DNA of 31,665 nt from Gemmataceae bacterium (GCA_035637055.1 DASPXY010000347.1:1-31665); one strand, 5' to 3'; counted from the first letter of the stretch, positions 1-8,536 are shown. The notes: generated by a model from the sequence alone, not told the origin. Numbers and translations are program-made.

Positions 1-2
1 TG

Positions 3-212
3 GGACGCGACTTTCTGGATGAGGTCGAACGGGCCCTGGCGGAAATCACCGCTAACCCAGCCCGATTCGGTTTTGCCGATGCCGACATCCGCGAAGGCCC
101 TTTGACCCGGTTCCCCTACGCGGTCTACTACCGGGTGCTCGCGGATCGCATCCGGGTGCTCGCGGTGTTCCACACCTCTCGCGACCCTGCAGGGTGGCAG
201 TCGCGGAGTTGA
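3..212 (+). CDS. RelE/ParE-family toxin, C-terminal part (5' truncated by the window edge)
   Basis: My translation from position 3 gives GRDFLDEVERALAEITANPARFGFADADIREGPLTRFPYAVYYRVLADRIRVLAVFHTSRDPAGWQSRS*, with TGA at 210-212. The RFPYxxYY...IRVLAVFHxSRDP pattern is typical of ParE/RelE plasmid-stabilisation toxins. Not in the ORF track because the start lies outside the window. Confidence 0.85.
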   Translation, partial: GRDFLDEVERALAEITANPARFGFADADIREGPLTRFPYAVYYRVLADRIRVLAVFHTSRDPAGWQSRS

Positions 213-347
213 TGAGCGCCTCATCATCGAACACTCTCCTCCCGTAAGGGTAGCCCTCGCTTGGCAGCCCACAACACTTTCTGTAATGGATCGGCCGCCG
301 GCGCATCGTGCTTCTACTGAGCCGCACCACGGACCGAGGGCGGTGTT

Positions 348-878
348 GTGGGACGCGATCCTCGTCGCGAGATCGAGCAACTCTTCCGCGCGCACGGCAA
401 GGGTGTGGGCAGCTATGTCCTTGCGCGCGTCGGCGACCCGGAGCTTGCCGAGGAGATCACGTCCCGCGTCTTCCTGACCGTCGTGCGGTGTTATCACCAG
501 CAGCGCGGCTCGGTGCTGGGCTGGCTATGGGCCATTGTCCGCAGCGAGGTGGCCCGCTATTTCCGTGACCGGCGACCGCAAATATCGCCCTCTGAGGATT
601 TGCCGGCGCCGCTGGAACTGCCGCCCGACGAACTCGCCCGGCGCGAACTGCACGACTGCTTGCGAACGGCAATGGGCAAGCTGTCGGAGGAACAACAGCA
701 ACTACTGGGCCTGAAGTTCTTCCTGAACCTGCGCAACCAGGAGATCGCGGAGGCCACTGGGCTGACGCCCTCGAACGTCGGCGTCAAACTGCACCGGGCC
801 TTGCGCGAACTGCGCGAACTCCTCAACGGGCCGGCGTCGGTCCACTTTCCCCAATCCACTCAAGGCGACATGCCATGA
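348..878 (+). CDS. ECF-type sigma-70 RNA polymerase sigma factor
   Basis: GTG start with GAGGG 7 nt upstream. Region 2 pattern (AEEITSRVFLTVVR...WLWAIVRSEVARYFR) and region 4 HTH (LSEEQQQLLGLKFF...QEIAEATGLTPSNVGVKLHRA). Confidence 0.92.
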   Translation: MGRDPRREIEQLFRAHGKGVGSYVLARVGDPELAEEITSRVFLTVVRCYHQQRGSVLGWLWAIVRSEVARYFRDRRPQISPSEDLPAPLELPPDELARRELHDCLRTAMGKLSEEQQQLLGLKFFLNLRNQEIAEATGLTPSNVGVKLHRALRELRELLNGPASVHFPQSTQGDMP

Positions 879-1258
879 ACGAACAACCAGCAAACAATCT
901 GACCGAAGGCTGGCCGCCCGACCCGCACAACGAGGACCTGGCCCGATTCGCCGGCGAACTGCACGCAGCGCTTCCGGAGATGGCGCTCGGGTCGCTCGCG
1001 AACGTCGAGCAGAGGCTTCACGAGGAACTGACACGGCAAAGGCGCCGGGGTCGGCTGGCCCGCCTGGCGTTGGCGGCCTCGGTGCTGCTGGCGCTGGGCA
1101 TCGGCGGCTATGCCTGGTTGCGACCGACCACCGCGGAGCGCCAACCGCGGCCAGTCGATGAACGCTTCACCGTCGAGTTGGCGGCGCCGCAGACACCGCT
1201 GCCGTCCCAGCCGCCGCTCGTGCGGTTGGAGGAACATCAGAGCTTGTTCGCGGATTGA
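875..1258 (+). CDS. Putative single-TM anti-sigma factor
   Basis: ATGA overlap with the sigma stop (875-878). Cytoplasmic N-terminus, Arg-rich stop-transfer (RQRRRGR), one TM (LARLALAASVLLALGIGGYAWL) and a short Pro-rich C-terminus. Function is inferred from position and topology. Confidence 0.7.
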   Translation: MNEQPANNLTEGWPPDPHNEDLARFAGELHAALPEMALGSLANVEQRLHEELTRQRRRGRLARLALAASVLLALGIGGYAWLRPTTAERQPRPVDERFTVELAAPQTPLPSQPPLVRLEEHQSLFAD

Positions 1259-1265
1259 CAAGAAC

Positions 1266-1308
1266 TCCTCGTTGAGCCGCGGTTCGGAGAACCGCGGCTC
1301 AACGAGGA
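1266..1308. repeat. Perfect 20-bp inverted repeat (REP-like hairpin)
   Basis: TCCTCGTTGAGCCGCGGTTC (1266-1285), loop GGA, GAACCGCGGCTCAACGAGGA (1289-1308). It lies between the anti-sigma stop and the macroglobulin start. Confidence 0.9.
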
Positions 1309-1340
1309 CGGAATCGACGCACGCTTCCAACGGGTGTACC

Positions 1341-4300
1341 ATGTTGCGCGTTCACGTCCAGATAGCCGGGGTCATCGTGCTGGCGTTCGCTTGCCGTGTC
1401 CAGGGACAGCAAACGCCCGCGAAGATCGATACGCCTCTCGCTCAGGCGCAGCGCCTGGCGGAACAGAAGCCCAGCGCCGCGCACTGGCTGGGACTGGCCG
1501 AACTGAGGCGGGCCGCCGGTCAGCGGCAGGAGGCGCTTGCCGATCTCGCCCGCGCCCTCAAGGCGGCGAAGGCGGACGCCGGGCTGCGCGCCACGGAATT
1601 GCAAGAACTGCTCTGCTGGCGCATGCTGCCGGTGCCGGAGCCGCAGCGAGCCCAGTTCCGCCAGGAAATTGCCAGGCTGCGCGCGGCAGGGCAAAGCAGC
1701 CTTTGGCTACCTGTCTACGAGCTTTATCAGGCAATCCTGGAACGCGATCGGGGCGCTCTGCTGACCGCCGCGGCGCGCATGCCGGCACGCTTGCCGCAGC
1801 GGTTCCCTGGCGCTGCCGGCGAATCGGCTCAACTGGATCTGCTGCACGAACTCGGGGAGCAGCGCAATCATGCTGCCGTGCGGGTGCTGAGCGGGCGCTC
1901 CTACGAGCCGCTGCACGCCCTGCGCGACCTCGACCGCGGCCTGACGCGCGAGGCCGACTTCCTGCGCGGCCAGGGTGAGGCGCGCGCCAGTCAGGCGCTC
2001 CTCGCCGTCCGCGATCGGCTGCGGCAGGCGTACCTCGCATCCGCCCGCCACGTGATCGAACGGCTGTTCGTGCTGCGTCTGCTCGACCGCCGCCAGGAAC
2101 GCGACGCCCTGCTCGCTCGGGTCAAGGCCATCCCCTATTTGACGGATCGCGAAAAGCTCATTCAGCTGTTCGATCAGCTCGACGAGGAGCGCGCCTGGAC
2201 CGTGCTGCTGGAGCCGCTGCTGGCCAGCGAGGTCGCCGTGGTCAACGCCCCGGCCGACCTGGCCGGCGCCCGCGCCAGGCCCACCGCGGACCTGCACATT
2301 CAGGCCAACCTCAAGAGCGTCCAGGGCGAAAGCACCACGTACCAGGGAGCGGTGCGCGTCACTCTTGGAGCGCTGGCGGTGCGGTGCGAACTGCTGACGC
2401 TGGTGCGACCGGAGAAGCAGTCGGGGGTAATGCTGACGGGCACGGGCGGCGTGCGCGTCGAGGGCGTGCCGCGGCACACCATCATTCGGGCCGATCGCTT
2501 CAGCTTCAGCTCGGACACCGGCGGGTTCACCTTCGGCGGCGATGTCCGCCTCGAACAACCGGGCAGTACCTGGAAGTTGCGGGCTTGCAGTGTGACGCGC
2601 ACTGGCGAGGTGCGCGAGCAGCAGAGCCTGCTCGACGATTTCCGCACCGCCCCCGATGCGACGGCGAAGCTGGCACTGCTGCCGCAACTCGCCCGCGTCT
2701 ACGAGGACAATGAACTCCCCGCCGAGGCCCGTTACTTGCTTGCCCTCTATCTGCTGCGGCCACATCTCATCTGGCACGCGCCCTATCTCACACCTGCGGA
2801 ACGCGAGCGCGATCGGGAGGACGTCGCCAGGGAAAAGCACCGCGCTGGCGACGCCTGGCAGGAGGCGATGGGCGGCGAAGAGTGGATGCACGGCGACATT
2901 CCCGAGGCGACCCGTCAAGAAGTCCGGCAAGCGCTGGCCCGCTGGCAGGAAGCCCATGCCGGCAAGGGCGAGCGCCTGCTCAAGATACCGCCGGTGAGCG
3001 CGTACTTCTGGCGGCTGCGGGAGCCAAGCCACCAGGAACTGCCGCGCGTGCGGCGGTTGCTGGAGGGAGTGCGCGGCGACCTGGAAAGCCATGCTCGCCG
3101 CTGGCTGGCCGAGATCGAGCGCAACAACACCGTTCTCACCTGCGACATCCCCGGCGGCGGCGCTGCGGGCAAACCCTTCCCGGTGGTCATGGACGTCCGC
3201 AACGCCGACCGCGTCGCCTTCATGCTCTACCGCATCGAACGGCCGGAGGATCTGCTTTGGGTGACAAATCGGATCGGCGATGACTTCATTTATCGCGATC
3301 ACGGGTTGCAGTACCCCGGCTGGGAGCGCGAACGGATCAAGGTGCTGGAAGAGCGTGACGCCATGGCCGTCGGCAAACGAGGCGCCGCCGCCGGGGAGCA
3401 AATGCCGCTGACAGCATTCCGCCCTGAGAAACTGGTCCATCGATGGGACGTGCGGGTGGCGGATCTGAAGGTGCTGCCCGCAAGCCCACGGGTAGCTACC
3501 CGTGGGCTTGACCGGCATGACTGGGGGGATCGTGAGGACGCCGATGCATGGTATTTTGACGACTATTGCGATCGCTTCAGGGAGCGACTCGAAGGACGCT
3601 ATCGACCGCGTCCGGGACAGTTCAGCTCCTGGCAGTGCGGCCGCATCGTCGAGGTTCCCGGCAAGGCGCTGGCCCAGCCCGGCGCTTACGTTCTGCTCGC
3701 CGAGAGCAACGGGCAGAAGGCGTATGTGCCGGTCGTGATCGATCCGCTCAGCCTGACGCTGCGCCGCTGCCGCGATGGCCTGTTCGCGCTCGTCAGCGAC
3801 GGCGACGGCTTGAAACCCGTGGCCGGGGCGCGCATCCTCGGCAAGCGCATGCTCGGCGAAGCGGTCACCGATGCCGAAGGCGCCACGTTTGCCCGCATCT
3901 TCGCCGCGGGGAATCGGGCCATTGTGGCTCATCACGAGGGGCGTTTCGCCGTCGGTGGTTTCGGCCGTGTGTTCGACGGGATCTACGTCTCGCCACTGGA
4001 TATGGCCCTGGATCGGCTCTACGGCCTCATGAAGCGGGGCGAGCGCGGCGACGCGAAGCATACCGAAGAACTCCGCGTCTATGCGGATCGTCACGTCCTG
4101 GCGGCGTACACGGATCGTCCCACCTATCGCCCTGGTCAGGAGGTCCAGTTCAAGCTGATCGTCCGCCGCCTCGCACCAGAGGCGGTCCTCGTCGCCGACG
4201 GCAAGCCGCGCCCCTTCCGGGCCGACGATTTCGACATCCCGGTCAAGCTCGCTCTCCCTGATACGACTAAACCGCTCCCTTATGTCGTACTTGACCCCAA

Positions 4301-7300
4301 TGGCCGTGGGGTAGCCGCTGGCACGCTGACGCTGAGCGAGTTCGGCACGGCCGCGGCGCAGGTGGCCCTCAACGACGAGGCGGCCCTCGGGCCTTACTCG
4401 CTGCGCGTTTGGGTCGCCGGCAGTAATCGCGTCGTGCCTGCCGTCTTCGCCGTCAAGCATTACCGGCGGCCCAGCTTCGAGGTCGATGTCGCAGGCGTCC
4501 CCGCGAAGTTGACGCAGGTGCGCGACCTGACCCTCGACGTCTGCGGCCGCTACTACTTCGGCAAACCCGTCGCGGGCGGCACCCTGCACGCGCAGCTGCT
4601 GACCGCGGATCGCTGGCGGTCCGTCACGGAGGCGGAGTGCAGGCTCGATGAAAAGGGCACCGCACGCCTGAAACTGAAACTCCCCGCTCATCTCTCCGCC
4701 GGGCACTATCGCGTCATCTGCAGCGTCACCGACGACAGCGACCGTACGGTTACCAAGGCCCTGCCGCTGGAGATTGTGTCCGCGGCGAGCACTGCCGGCC
4801 CCGAGTTGGCCGCCGTCCCGCGTTTTCTGCCGGCAGGTGGCGAACTGCTCGTCAAAACCGCGGCAAAGGAAATCGTGGTTGAGCAGGACAAGACCGTTAT
4901 GCGGTTCGGCGCGATCCGTGGGGCTGCGACGCTCAAGTTCCCCGTGCCAGGCTGGTATCGCCTCCGAGTCGGCGCGCAGCAGGCGGAGGTGTTTGCCTAC
5001 GGCGGCGACAAGCATCCGCTCGACCTGCGGTCCAGCCAAGATCCGGACAAGCACGAGCATCCCTGGGCTCGGCACGTCGGTTGGGTCAACCTGAGCGATT
5101 ACCACTGGCAGGAATCCGGCAGGCCCTCCCGCTGCGAGAACGCGGCCCAGCAGTTGCTCGCCCTGTTCGATCGCCACCAGGTCGCCGTCGGCGACAAATT
5201 GCGCCTGCTGGTGTATGTGCCGCACGAACGCGCTCGTCTCCTCTTCACCGCCGAGGGGCGAACGGTCCTCGACTATCTCGTGACGTGGACACCGAAGGAA
5301 AAGGGTCGCTATCACGTCGTTGAGATTCCGATAAAAGCGAGGCATTTCCCCGCTTTTTATCTCCAGGGGCGGATCCTCGCCGGGGAGGGGCCAACCGGAC
5401 AATCGCACCCCGAGGTTCTGGAGGCGAGGGAGCAACTGCTGCGTAGGTACGACGAGGATGACGGCGTCAATCCACTCTGGTGCCGGGTGGACGTGCTCGA
5501 CCCGAAGCGCAAGCCCGGCGAGGCACCGTTGCACGTGCAGGTCGAGACAGAGCGCGGCGAGTTCCGTCCCGGCGACCGCGTCAACGTGCGGTTGAAGGTG
5601 ACCGACCGGCAAGGGATGCCGCGGCGGGCCGAGGTGTCGTTCGCGGCCGTCGATGAGAGCGTCTACACGTTCGGCGAGGACAATCTTGCGGGGCTGGCAG
5701 GCTTCTTCGGCACGCCGCACGAGACGCCGCGCTTCCTGCCGAAAGCGTGGCGCAGCAGTGTCGGCAACAAGTGGCGGGCCGGGGCGGGGAAAGGCGGGGC
5801 GGGGCAACTCCAGGACATGGCGAAGATGGCCCAGGCGGCTCAGCGGGAGATGCGTCAGGCGATCGACAAGGCTGTCAAACAACTGGAGGCTTCCCAGGCT
5901 GATCGGATCGATGCCCCCCGTGCCCTGCCGCCGGCCATGCTCGGCGGCGAGTTGCCTGTTGGCGGCATCCCGCTGGGACGGCTGCGTCAGGACTTCCGCG
6001 AAACCGCGAGCTGGCAGCCCTTGCTCCGTACCGGCGCCGACGGCAGCGCCGAAACCTCGTTCAAGTTGCCCGATTCGCTGACGTGCTACCGCCTGACCGC
6101 GGTGGCTCTGACCAAAGACAGCGAGGTCGGCGTCGGCCGGGCACGTCTCCGCGTCACTCTGCCGCTGGCGGTCCAGCTCATGTTGCCGCGTTTTGCGGTC
6201 GAAAAAGACCGTTTATTCGCCGTGGCGCTGATCCACAACGGCACCGACCGCGAGCGCATCTGTCAAATCCACTTCGCGGGCCAGGGGGCGAAGTTCGACC
6301 GCGCCAGCGCTGCCCTGCGTGACTGGAAGGCGACTGAGGAAGACGGCAAGGTCAGCGGCCGCGGGGTCGTCACGGTGCCGGCGCAGGGGACGGCCCGCGT
6401 CGGCGTCTGGCTGAAGCTGGATCAGATCGGCCCCGTGACGCTGACGTGTCGTGCCGCCGCCGACGAGTTGTCTGACGGCGAAACGCGCACGCTCACGGTG
6501 CAGCCGCGTGGCCGTCCGCAGGAGGTGATCGCCAACGGTGCGCTGCCGCAAGTTCCGGGCAAGCCACAGGAGAAACGCATCGACCTGCCGGCCGGTTTCG
6601 TGGCGCGCGACCTGCGCATCAGCCTGGCGTCGAGCGAGGAGGCCCAGGCCCTTGATGGACTGGAGTACCTGATCGGCTACCCCTACGGCTGCATCGAGCA
6701 GACGATGAGCCGTTTCCTGCCGGCGGTGATGGTCGCCCACGCAGCGCGACAGGCTTCGCTCGAATTGCCATCGCAGGTCGAGGCGAAACTGCCCGATGTG
6801 CTGGCGAAGGGTTTGGCGCGCGTTTATGGCTTCCAGCACGCGGACGGCAGTTGGGGCTGGTTCGACAAGGACGATCGCAACGACCCGATGACGGTCTACG
6901 TCGTTTACGGGCTGGCCCGCTGCCGGACGACGGGCACGCCCGTAGATCGGGAGGTGCTAGATCGCGGTTGTAGCTATCTGCGCGCCCAGCTGCGCGGCCG
7001 CAAGCTGTCCTCCGATCTCGCCGCCCGCGCCTGGTACGCCCTGACCCTGGCCGAGCGTGCCGATGTCAAGGAACTGGAGGCGGATGTGCGGCAGCGCTGG
7101 GCGGAACTCTCTCCCGAAGGGCGCTGCAACTTCGCGCTCGCCTGTCGCACTGCCGGTTTGCATGAGTTGGGCGAGCGTCTCTGGGCTGCAGTCCGCACCT
7201 GGCAGCCGTCCGGCGCCGAGCAGAGTGCCCTGTTTCTGAATACGCAGATCGCTTATGGCGCCAGTTGGGACGATTGCCGGCGCAGTTCGCGGCAGCTGTT

Positions 7301-8024
7301 GTCGCTGCGCTCAGGGGATCGCTGGGAGCACACGCGGGCCACCTCCTGGGCCATTGAGGCTCTGGGGCAGATGCTCGCTTACCTGCCCGAGCGCAGCGCC
7401 GTTCGCCGCCTCCAGGTGCGCGTTGGCGGCCGAACGGTGCTCGACCTGACCGAACCCGCCGACCTGAGCAAACGGGTCTACCGCGTCCATCTGCCCGCGC
7501 AGCACCTCCCCACGCGCGAAGGGCTCGACATCCGCCTGATTGCCGAGTCCCCGGAACAGGTCCACTTCGCGCTACGGGCCGAGGGTGTCCAGCGTCTGGA
7601 TGAGATAAGGCCGAGCGGCTCGCGCCTCAAAATCCTGCGGCACCTGGAGACGCTCGACGGCAAACCGCTGACGGAAGCCGTCGCAGCCGGGCAGGTTTTC
7701 CGCGTCCGCCTGGAACTGGAACTGGCGCAGGCCGAGAACTACCTCATCATCGAGGATCGCCGCCCCGCCGGGTGCGAGTTCGCTGACGAGCGCCTCGAAG
7801 GCGAGGCGGCCCGCGGTGCCGCGCACGTGGACTGGCGCGACGATCGCGTGTGCATCTTCCGCACGAGCCTGAGCGCCGGGCGGCACGAACTGGTCTATTA
7901 TCTCCGTGCCGAGACGCCCGGAGTTAGTCAGGTGTTGCCGGGATGTGTCTATCCAATGTACGCGGACACGAACCGCGGCGAAACAGGCTCGGCGCGCGTG
8001 CAGGTGAACGAGCGCGGGCCGTGA
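1341..8024 (+). CDS. Bacterial alpha-2-macroglobulin (MG2, A2M, thioester and C-terminal domains) with a long N-terminal extension, about 2227 aa
   Basis: MG2 motif YTDRPTYRPGQEVQFK; MG3 YRRPSFEVDV; A2M motif LRQDFRETASWQPLLRTGADGSAETSFKLPDSLTCYRLTAVA; thioester PYGCIEQ (CIEQ at 6690-6701); C-terminal YYLRAETPG...PMY. Start moved to ATG 1341 because it gives a signal-peptide-like MLRVHVQIAGVIVLAFACRVQG and avoids overlapping the anti-sigma gene. Confidence 0.92.
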   Translation: MLRVHVQIAGVIVLAFACRVQGQQTPAKIDTPLAQAQRLAEQKPSAAHWLGLAELRRAAGQRQEALADLARALKAAKADAGLRATELQELLCWRMLPVPEPQRAQFRQEIARLRAAGQSSLWLPVYELYQAILERDRGALLTAAARMPARLPQRFPGAAGESAQLDLLHELGEQRNHAAVRVLSGRSYEPLHALRDLDRGLTREADFLRGQGEARASQALLAVRDRLRQAYLASARHVIERLFVLRLLDRRQERDALLARVKAIPYLTDREKLIQLFDQLDEERAWTVLLEPLLASEVAVVNAPADLAGARARPTADLHIQANLKSVQGESTTYQGAVRVTLGALAVRCELLTLVRPEKQSGVMLTGTGGVRVEGVPRHTIIRADRFSFSSDTGGFTFGGDVRLEQPGSTWKLRACSVTRTGEVREQQSLLDDFRTAPDATAKLALLPQLARVYEDNELPAEARYLLALYLLRPHLIWHAPYLTPAERERDREDVAREKHRAGDAWQEAMGGEEWMHGDIPEATRQEVRQALARWQEAHAGKGERLLKIPPVSAYFWRLREPSHQELPRVRRLLEGVRGDLESHARRWLAEIERNNTVLTCDIPGGGAAGKPFPVVMDVRNADRVAFMLYRIERPEDLLWVTNRIGDDFIYRDHGLQYPGWERERIKVLEERDAMAVGKRGAAAGEQMPLTAFRPEKLVHRWDVRVADLKVLPASPRVATRGLDRHDWGDREDADAWYFDDYCDRFRERLEGRYRPRPGQFSSWQCGRIVEVPGKALAQPGAYVLLAESNGQKAYVPVVIDPLSLTLRRCRDGLFALVSDGDGLKPVAGARILGKRMLGEAVTDAEGATFARIFAAGNRAIVAHHEGRFAVGGFGRVFDGIYVSPLDMALDRLYGLMKRGERGDAKHTEELRVYADRHVLAAYTDRPTYRPGQEVQFKLIVRRLAPEAVLVADGKPRPFRADDFDIPVKLALPDTTKPLPYVVLDPNGRGVAAGTLTLSEFGTAAAQVALNDEAALGPYSLRVWVAGSNRVVPAVFAVKHYRRPSFEVDVAGVPAKLTQVRDLTLDVCGRYYFGKPVAGGTLHAQLLTADRWRSVTEAECRLDEKGTARLKLKLPAHLSAGHYRVICSVTDDSDRTVTKALPLEIVSAASTAGPELAAVPRFLPAGGELLVKTAAKEIVVEQDKTVMRFGAIRGAATLKFPVPGWYRLRVGAQQAEVFAYGGDKHPLDLRSSQDPDKHEHPWARHVGWVNLSDYHWQESGRPSRCENAAQQLLALFDRHQVAVGDKLRLLVYVPHERARLLFTAEGRTVLDYLVTWTPKEKGRYHVVEIPIKARHFPAFYLQGRILAGEGPTGQSHPEVLEAREQLLRRYDEDDGVNPLWCRVDVLDPKRKPGEAPLHVQVETERGEFRPGDRVNVRLKVTDRQGMPRRAEVSFAAVDESVYTFGEDNLAGLAGFFGTPHETPRFLPKAWRSSVGNKWRAGAGKGGAGQLQDMAKMAQAAQREMRQAIDKAVKQLEASQADRIDAPRALPPAMLGGELPVGGIPLGRLRQDFRETASWQPLLRTGADGSAETSFKLPDSLTCYRLTAVALTKDSEVGVGRARLRVTLPLAVQLMLPRFAVEKDRLFAVALIHNGTDRERICQIHFAGQGAKFDRASAALRDWKATEEDGKVSGRGVVTVPAQGTARVGVWLKLDQIGPVTLTCRAAADELSDGETRTLTVQPRGRPQEVIANGALPQVPGKPQEKRIDLPAGFVARDLRISLASSEEAQALDGLEYLIGYPYGCIEQTMSRFLPAVMVAHAARQASLELPSQVEAKLPDVLAKGLARVYGFQHADGSWGWFDKDDRNDPMTVYVVYGLARCRTTGTPVDREVLDRGCSYLRAQLRGRKLSSDLAARAWYALTLAERADVKELEADVRQRWAELSPEGRCNFALACRTAGLHELGERLWAAVRTWQPSGAEQSALFLNTQIAYGASWDDCRRSSRQLLSLRSGDRWEHTRATSWAIEALGQMLAYLPERSAVRRLQVRVGGRTVLDLTEPADLSKRVYRVHLPAQHLPTREGLDIRLIAESPEQVHFALRAEGVQRLDEIRPSGSRLKILRHLETLDGKPLTEAVAAGQVFRVRLELELAQAENYLIIEDRRPAGCEFADERLEGEAARGAAHVDWRDDRVCIFRTSLSAGRHELVYYLRAETPGVSQVLPGCVYPMYADTNRGETGSARVQVNERGP

Positions 8025-8158
8025 AGTGGTATCCCCGACGGACGGTGCCGGGATCTGTTTGACAAGCAGCGATTGGTCGATTATCTCTAGACTAACTTGC
8101 GGTGATGCCGCATGGGGGTGCTCTCGAAGGTAGTTTCAATTCCAAAGGGGAAAGAGCG

Positions 8159-8305
8159 ATGCTGGCAACCTGTATGACCCTGCTGGCGAATGGGGATGTG
8201 ATGAGCGGCGCCCTGCGCGGGGCCTTGATCGGCGGGGCCGTCGGCGCGGTGGTCGGCCTGGTCATCTGGCTCGTTCGCAAAGGGCAAGGCGGCGACAAGT
8301 CCTGA
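8159..8305 (+). CDS. Small (48 aa) membrane protein with GxxxG glycine-zipper-like segment
   Basis: Purine-rich RBS-like AAAGGGGAAAGAG precedes ATG 8159. MLATCMTLLANGDVMSGALRGALIGGAVGAVVGLVIWLVRKGQGGDKS has a hydrophobic helix followed by RK. Confidence 0.6.
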   Translation: MLATCMTLLANGDVMSGALRGALIGGAVGAVVGLVIWLVRKGQGGDKS

Positions 8306-8446
8306 TGGTGTCGTTCGCTGTTGTGACGGTGCGAAAACTTCGGGAGGCCAGGTCTAGCTTCGTGCTTTGCACGGTGGGCGGCGTTGCGCCGCCCGAGCGT
8401 TTGGCTCTCCATACGCCAGAGGGAAGGCTGTTTCAGGCCCGCGGCA

Positions 8447-8536
8447 GATGATCAGGTGACGAGGTGACCAGGTGACCAGGTGAAAGGGAGTTACGCCGGT
8501 CACCTGGTCACCGTGTCACCCTGTCACCTTGTCATC
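8447..8536. repeat. Fold-back of 8-bp tandem repeats (GGTGACNA left, NNGTCACC right)
   Basis: Left units GGTGACGA, GGTGACCA, GGTGACCA, GGTGA (8455-8483). Right units GGTCACC, TGGTCACC, GTGTCACC, CTGTCACC, TTGTCATC (8498-8536). Confidence 0.85.

Noticed and set aside
272-320. Possible autoregulated ECF promoter (TGTAAT...CGTGCTTCTA) upstream of the sigma gene
   Set aside because: The ECF group and its consensus are unknown, so it cannot be supported from one instance.
1110-1340. N-terminal extension of the A2M ORF from ATG 1110
   Set aside because: It overlaps the anti-sigma gene and the hairpin, and reads as non-coding. ATG 1341 gives a signal peptide.
1707-5882. 1391-aa minus-strand ORF
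   Set aside because: It is an antisense shadow of the A2M gene, as expected from high-GC codon bias, and has no motifs.
8059-8087. Perfect TTGACA upstream of the small membrane gene
   Set aside because: At 16-18 nt spacing the -10 is poor (TATCTC), so it is not called as a promoter.
8092-8412. 106-aa minus-strand ORF, and other ORFs across 8480-9095
   Set aside because: They cross repeats or real genes in other frames and have no RBS or motifs.
8447-8536. Possible CRISPR array in the short repeats (also 14444-14548)
   Set aside because: There are no regularly spaced unique spacers and no cas genes. The units are tandem or inverted.
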